NCBI GenBank assembly: GCA_918797485.1
Contig: CAKKNE010000004.1
Span: 3,100,001-3,164,000 of the forward strand
From: Pelagomonas calceolata
Lineage: Eukaryota
Reading direction: 5' to 3'
DNA: 64,000 nucleotides
Shown here: positions 60,609 through 64,000 of the stretch, one piece after another
How positions within the stretch are numbered: the stretch's first letter is position 1
Layout: every line of letters starts with the position of its first letter
The notes under the pieces: model-generated
The model's database searches: none
What the model was told of the DNA's origin: nothing
What the model saw: only the letters and a program-made list of their open reading frames with translations
Made by a program: the position numbers and the translations under genes

Positions 60609-60678
60609 CTAGTCCTAGCACCGTAACATCGAGAGACTCGGGAGAAGTCCTAGCACCGTAACAAGAAAGGGACTCGAG
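60609..60678. repeat. Short ~35-bp tandem repeat sharing a 23-nt sequence with 47240-47262
   Basis: AGTCCTAGCACCGTAACA at 60611 and 60646; CTAGTCCTAGCACCGTAACATCG is the reverse complement of 47240-47262. Confidence 0.75.
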
Positions 60679-60719
60679 ATGAGAAGTTACCCCACAAAAA
60701 ACAAGAAGAAGACGCGTCG

Positions 60720-61388
60720 TCACCGCGGCGCCGGCGGCGGCACGACGTTCCGTTGTGGAGGCGGTGGCGGCGCCGCGGCCCGCGATTCCAAAGCCGCAAC
60801 CTGCCGTCGAGCTTCGTCCACGGACCCGCGCAGTTGTTGGATCTCCTCCCGCAAACACACGGCCAGTTCCGGTAAATCATCATCAGGGACGTCCTCTCCA
60901 ACTAAAAAATCGGGCGTGTTCAGGGGATCCTCGAGCAGCGCCTCGAGCTCCCGCAACAACGTCAAGTCGTGGGCGAGCTCCTCGGGCATCCTTCTAGGCA
61001 CGGCCATGGCCCCCAGCGCACTTAATACCTTCTTGCCGTGGCGCCAGTCTTCGGTTTCGTGGAAAGCCCCGACGTTTACTGTCGCTCGTCCCCGGACCTT
61101 GTCGAGGTAGGCCGCCTCCTGGCAGTAGTACCTCGCTATGGAAATCCTCAGCTCCATCGCTCTACAAAGTAATCGCGCGCGCGCTCGAGCGGTCAACGGG
61201 TTCGTCGCGGCGGCGCCCGCGAAGCGTTTGGAGCTTTTCTTCTTCTTCTTTTTCTTCTTCTTTTCTCCGGCACCGGCCAGCGAGTCCTTGCTCTTCTTCT
61301 TCTTTTTCATTTTTGGGGGCGGCGCGGTTGGCGGCGGCGCGTCGGGCAGCCCTGCGTCGGGGGGCGGCGGGCCGGCGGGGGCCCGCAT
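60720..61388 (-). CDS. Hypothetical Pro/Lys-rich coiled-coil protein
   Basis: ATG at 61388, poly-Lys tract, helical C-terminal half. Confidence 0.55.
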   Translation of the reverse strand: MRAPAGPPPPDAGLPDAPPPTAPPPKMKKKKKSKDSLAGAGEKKKKKKKKKSSKRFAGAAATNPLTARARARLLCRAMELRISIARYYCQEAAYLDKVRGRATVNVGAFHETEDWRHGKKVLSALGAMAVPRRMPEELAHDLTLLRELEALLEDPLNTPDFLVGEDVPDDDLPELAVCLREEIQQLRGSVDEARRQVAALESRAAAPPPPPQRNVVPPPAPR

Positions 61389-61493
61389 GGTGCAGTGCTG
61401 CTTGGCGTTTGGGGAGATTCGAGATATCGGGCGGCGGGCAGCCACCGTTTACGTAGATTCAAAGCGCCGTGCGGCTTCGGGTGCAAAAGCTTT

Positions 61494-61516
61494 GCTAGTG
61501 TCTTACCACCGCTGGC
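61494..61516 (+). promoter_or_regulatory. CTAG bipartite upstream motif
   Basis: GCTAGTGTCTTAC-CAC-CGCTGGC between divergent genes. Confidence 0.6.
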
Positions 61517-61753
61517 TGGTCGTCGGACATTTGCGGGGCGTTTTTGCGTGCCCTAAAAGCGTTACACAGCGCCAGCGGTCGTCTAAGGTGCAGCCACGAG
61601 CCAATCAACCAGCGTCGCGCATCCGTTCGCGCCGCCGGGGCGCGTAACGCAAGCGACCCGCTGCGCTGCAAAGTCGCTAGCCTAGCGCGTAGCGCAAGCG
61701 ACTAGCGCAGCGCTACACCTTGCAGCGGGAAAAGACCGCCACGGAAGGGAACG

Positions 61754-63062
61754 ATGCTGCGCACGCAGACGTCGACGCCGAGCAAGCCGCAACCTGACAG
61801 AAGAAGAGCCCAGTCGGTCGACGCGAACGAGCAGCGGTTGAAACGGTACGAAACGTTCCTGTGGTTGTGTGCGTGGTATCTGACGTCGCTCGGCACTTTA
61901 TTGTTAAACAAGATCATCCTCACGGAAAGGGGCGTCTCGTCCCAAGCATTAGGAGCATGTCAGATGCTCTCGACGGCTTTATTAGGAGCCGCCAAGGTCT
62001 GGTGGAGTTCTTCCAGTCAACCAGAGCGGGGCCCGAATAGATCAAGTGTGGACCTCGAGGCTTTATCACAAGCAGAGCAGAGGACCGAGGAATCGACCAA
62101 TGCACAAAGAAGCGACGTGCGCGCGACCCTGGTCGCGCTCGGGGCGTTGCGAGGATTGACTGTTGTATTAGGCCTCGTCTCGTTAGCGCACGTCGCCGCG
62201 TCGTTCACCGAAACCATTAAAGCCACCGCTCCCATATTTACCGTATGGACCGCTAGAGTAGTCCTGAGGCAGCGCACTTCTGGTCCTGTTGTTGCTTCAT
62301 TGATCCCGGTCATGGTCGGTTTGGTTGTTTGTGCACATACAGAAGTGTCGTATGACGCGATTGGGTTTTGGGCAGCACTGGCCAACAACGCCGTCGACTG
62401 CCTCCAGAACGTCCTCAGCAAGAAGATTGTGTCGACATTAGGGCCCGTGAAGCTCCAGTTCTACACATCGTTATTGGCTATTGCGTTCCAGTTGCCCATC
62501 CTGGCAGCTAGAACGACGGCGAAAGCGGAAGCGCTCGTGCAGCCCTCGACGACGTTTATGTTAGATCCCCATGTGCAAGAATCAATGAAATACATCCTGG
62601 TCAATGTGTGCTGCTACCACGCTCAATCGGTTTCCGCGTACCTAGACCAGCGTCTCTCATTAATATAGAGTCCGGTGACGACACCGACGAATCCGCGCTT
62701 GGACCGAGCTTCACGGCCGTGAGATCACTCGTCAACCATACCTTCACTTTGACCCGAGGACTCCTTTCTTGAGATATGTGTACCCAACCATCTGTCCTCG
62801 GCGCTCCTCACACGCTACGCATAGGTACTGCGTCGTCGACCGGCTCTCGCCTGTCTCCACGTCCGTCGCGAACACGCTGAAGCGCTCCTTGCTCATCTTC
62901 CTGACGATTATTTATTTCGGGAACGAGATGACGGCCGAGTCGGCGGGCGGCGTCGTCGTCGTGGTCTGCGGCGTGGGGCTCTACAACTGGGCGCGCGTGC
63001 GCTACCCGGCGCCGGCGGCCGACGACGAGGTGCCGTCTGCGGGCGACAAGGACGACACGTAG
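61754..63062 (+). CDS. Triose-phosphate/nucleotide-sugar transporter family (SLC35E2-like); exons 61754-62637, 62825-63062
   Basis: WY..S...LLNK, VAASFTETIKATAPIFTV, LQNVLSK, SPVS.SVANTLKR; 187-nt GT-AG intron restores frame. Confidence 0.88.
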
Positions 63063-63117
63063 TCGTGGTAGCTGTGAATAACGAGGTGTTGTTGTTGACT
63101 TCTCCTCGACGGCGTTC

Positions 63118-63139
63118 CTAGCGTCCGTAAGACACTAGC
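63118..63139 (-). promoter_or_regulatory. CTAG bipartite upstream motif
   Basis: CTAGCG-TCC-GTAAGACACTAGC ~78 nt before ATG 63217. Confidence 0.65.
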
Positions 63140-63216
63140 GGCCAGCAAAAAAGTGCCAGTGGCACAGTGGGGCAGCGCCTGTGCGGCACGGGGCAGCCTT
63201 GGCGACACTGCTCAAC

Positions 63217-64000
63217 ATGAAACGCCGAAAGCGGTGGCAGGGCCGGCTCCTGCTCGTCGTCGCGGCCTGCGCCGCGCCGGTCGTGGACGCCGGCGCCGCG
63301 CTCGACGCCGCGCGGGCCGCCGCCGCGGCCAAGAAAGGGTCCGCGAAGAAAGGCCCGTCCGCCGCCGACCGCGCGCGCGCGGCCCAGGCCCGCGCCACCG
63401 GCGCCAAGCCCGCCAAGGCCGACGCGCCGCGCGCCAAGAAAGACGCGCCGCGCACGGCGACGCCCATCCAGGGCAAGCGGTCGGCGGCGGGCGAGATCGC
63501 GGCGGCCAAGGCGGCGGCGGCCAAGGCGCGCGCGGCGGCGGCGGCCGCGCCGCCGCCGCCGCCGCCGCCTCCGCCGGTAGCGGCGAAGCCCCCACCTCCG
63601 CTCGAAGCCGAGGCCGAGCCGCCCAGGAAGGGCCTCTTCGGCTTCGGTTCCAAGGCCAAGAAGGAGGAACCGCCGCCCGCCGTCGTACCGGAGACGACCG
63701 CCACGACCACGGTAAAACCAGTGGAGCCCAACGAGACCCTAACAACGACGCCTCAAGCCAAGAAAACGGGCGTCGAGACGTCGGCGAGCGTCTACAAACG
63801 ATTAGAACAGGCGAACACGTCGCAATTACTAGACCTGGTGCTCAAGGTCCCGCTCCGGTCCTTCGAGTTGGCGCACGACTCGCGGACGGGCCGAAGGCAG
63901 CTCGGTGCTTTAGGAGAAGATCTGGAGTACTTCATGCCCGAGGCCGTCAATGTGGGCCGGCGGGCCTTCCCGGACCCCGACGACCCGCGCAAGGCCATTT
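63217..64000 (+). CDS. Hypothetical Ala/Pro/Lys-rich protein with N-terminal hydrophobic segment, 3'-truncated
   Basis: ATG at 63217 (MKRRKRWQGRLLLVVAACAA); frame stays open to window end. Confidence 0.65.
   Translation, partial: MKRRKRWQGRLLLVVAACAAPVVDAGAALDAARAAAAAKKGSAKKGPSAADRARAAQARATGAKPAKADAPRAKKDAPRTATPIQGKRSAAGEIAAAKAAAAKARAAAAAAPPPPPPPPPVAAKPPPPLEAEAEPPRKGLFGFGSKAKKEEPPPAVVPETTATTTVKPVEPNETLTTTPQAKKTGVETSASVYKRLEQANTSQLLDLVLKVPLRSFELAHDSRTGRRQLGALGEDLEYFMPEAVNVGRRAFPDPDDPRKAI

Noticed and set aside
62638..62824. SLC35E intron and second rhomboid intron (31987-32179) as introners
   Set aside because: Similar length, but no family TIR or core motif and at most 4 nt of flanking duplication
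1..64000. tRNA, rRNA, transposase or viral genes; prokaryotic operon or defence system
   Set aside because: No supporting motifs seen; spliceosomal introns and gene content show a eukaryotic nuclear region

Overview
Gene-dense, GC-rich eukaryotic nuclear DNA, most consistent with a pelagophyte alga (Pelagomonas/Aureococcus-like stramenopile; inferred from bipartite plastid-targeting leaders, flagellar genes and introner-type introns). There are about 42 protein-coding loci, including DNAAF1, CCDC40, SF-assemblin, PAK1IP1, a BASS transporter, thioredoxin reductase, inositol 2-dehydrogenase, a rhomboid, a ricin-B lectin, Csm1-like, DnaJ, a DenD-SDR fusion, an apyrase, an M14 carboxypeptidase, a DEAD-box helicase, GT61, MutY, FIST, a tandem IsdG-like protein, ankyrin proteins, TerC and SLC35E. 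Two non-coding systems stand out. (1) A family of transposon-derived spliceosomal introns (introner elements) with CTGTGTGGAAATCA...TGATTTCCACACAG terminal inverted repeats, 8-bp GT-initial target-site duplications and a shared CACGCCATCGA/TCGATGGCGTG hairpin, seen at several stages of decay; a possible introner-type rearrangement junction lies at 45231-45239. (2) A bipartite inverted motif, GCTAGTGTCTTAC-N3-5-CGCTAGC, found 16 times (10 with an exact 12-nt core), always just upstream of gene starts and in most head-to-head intergenic regions; it is a candidate lineage-specific bidirectional promoter element. Gene identities come from recognising motifs by eye, not from database searches.
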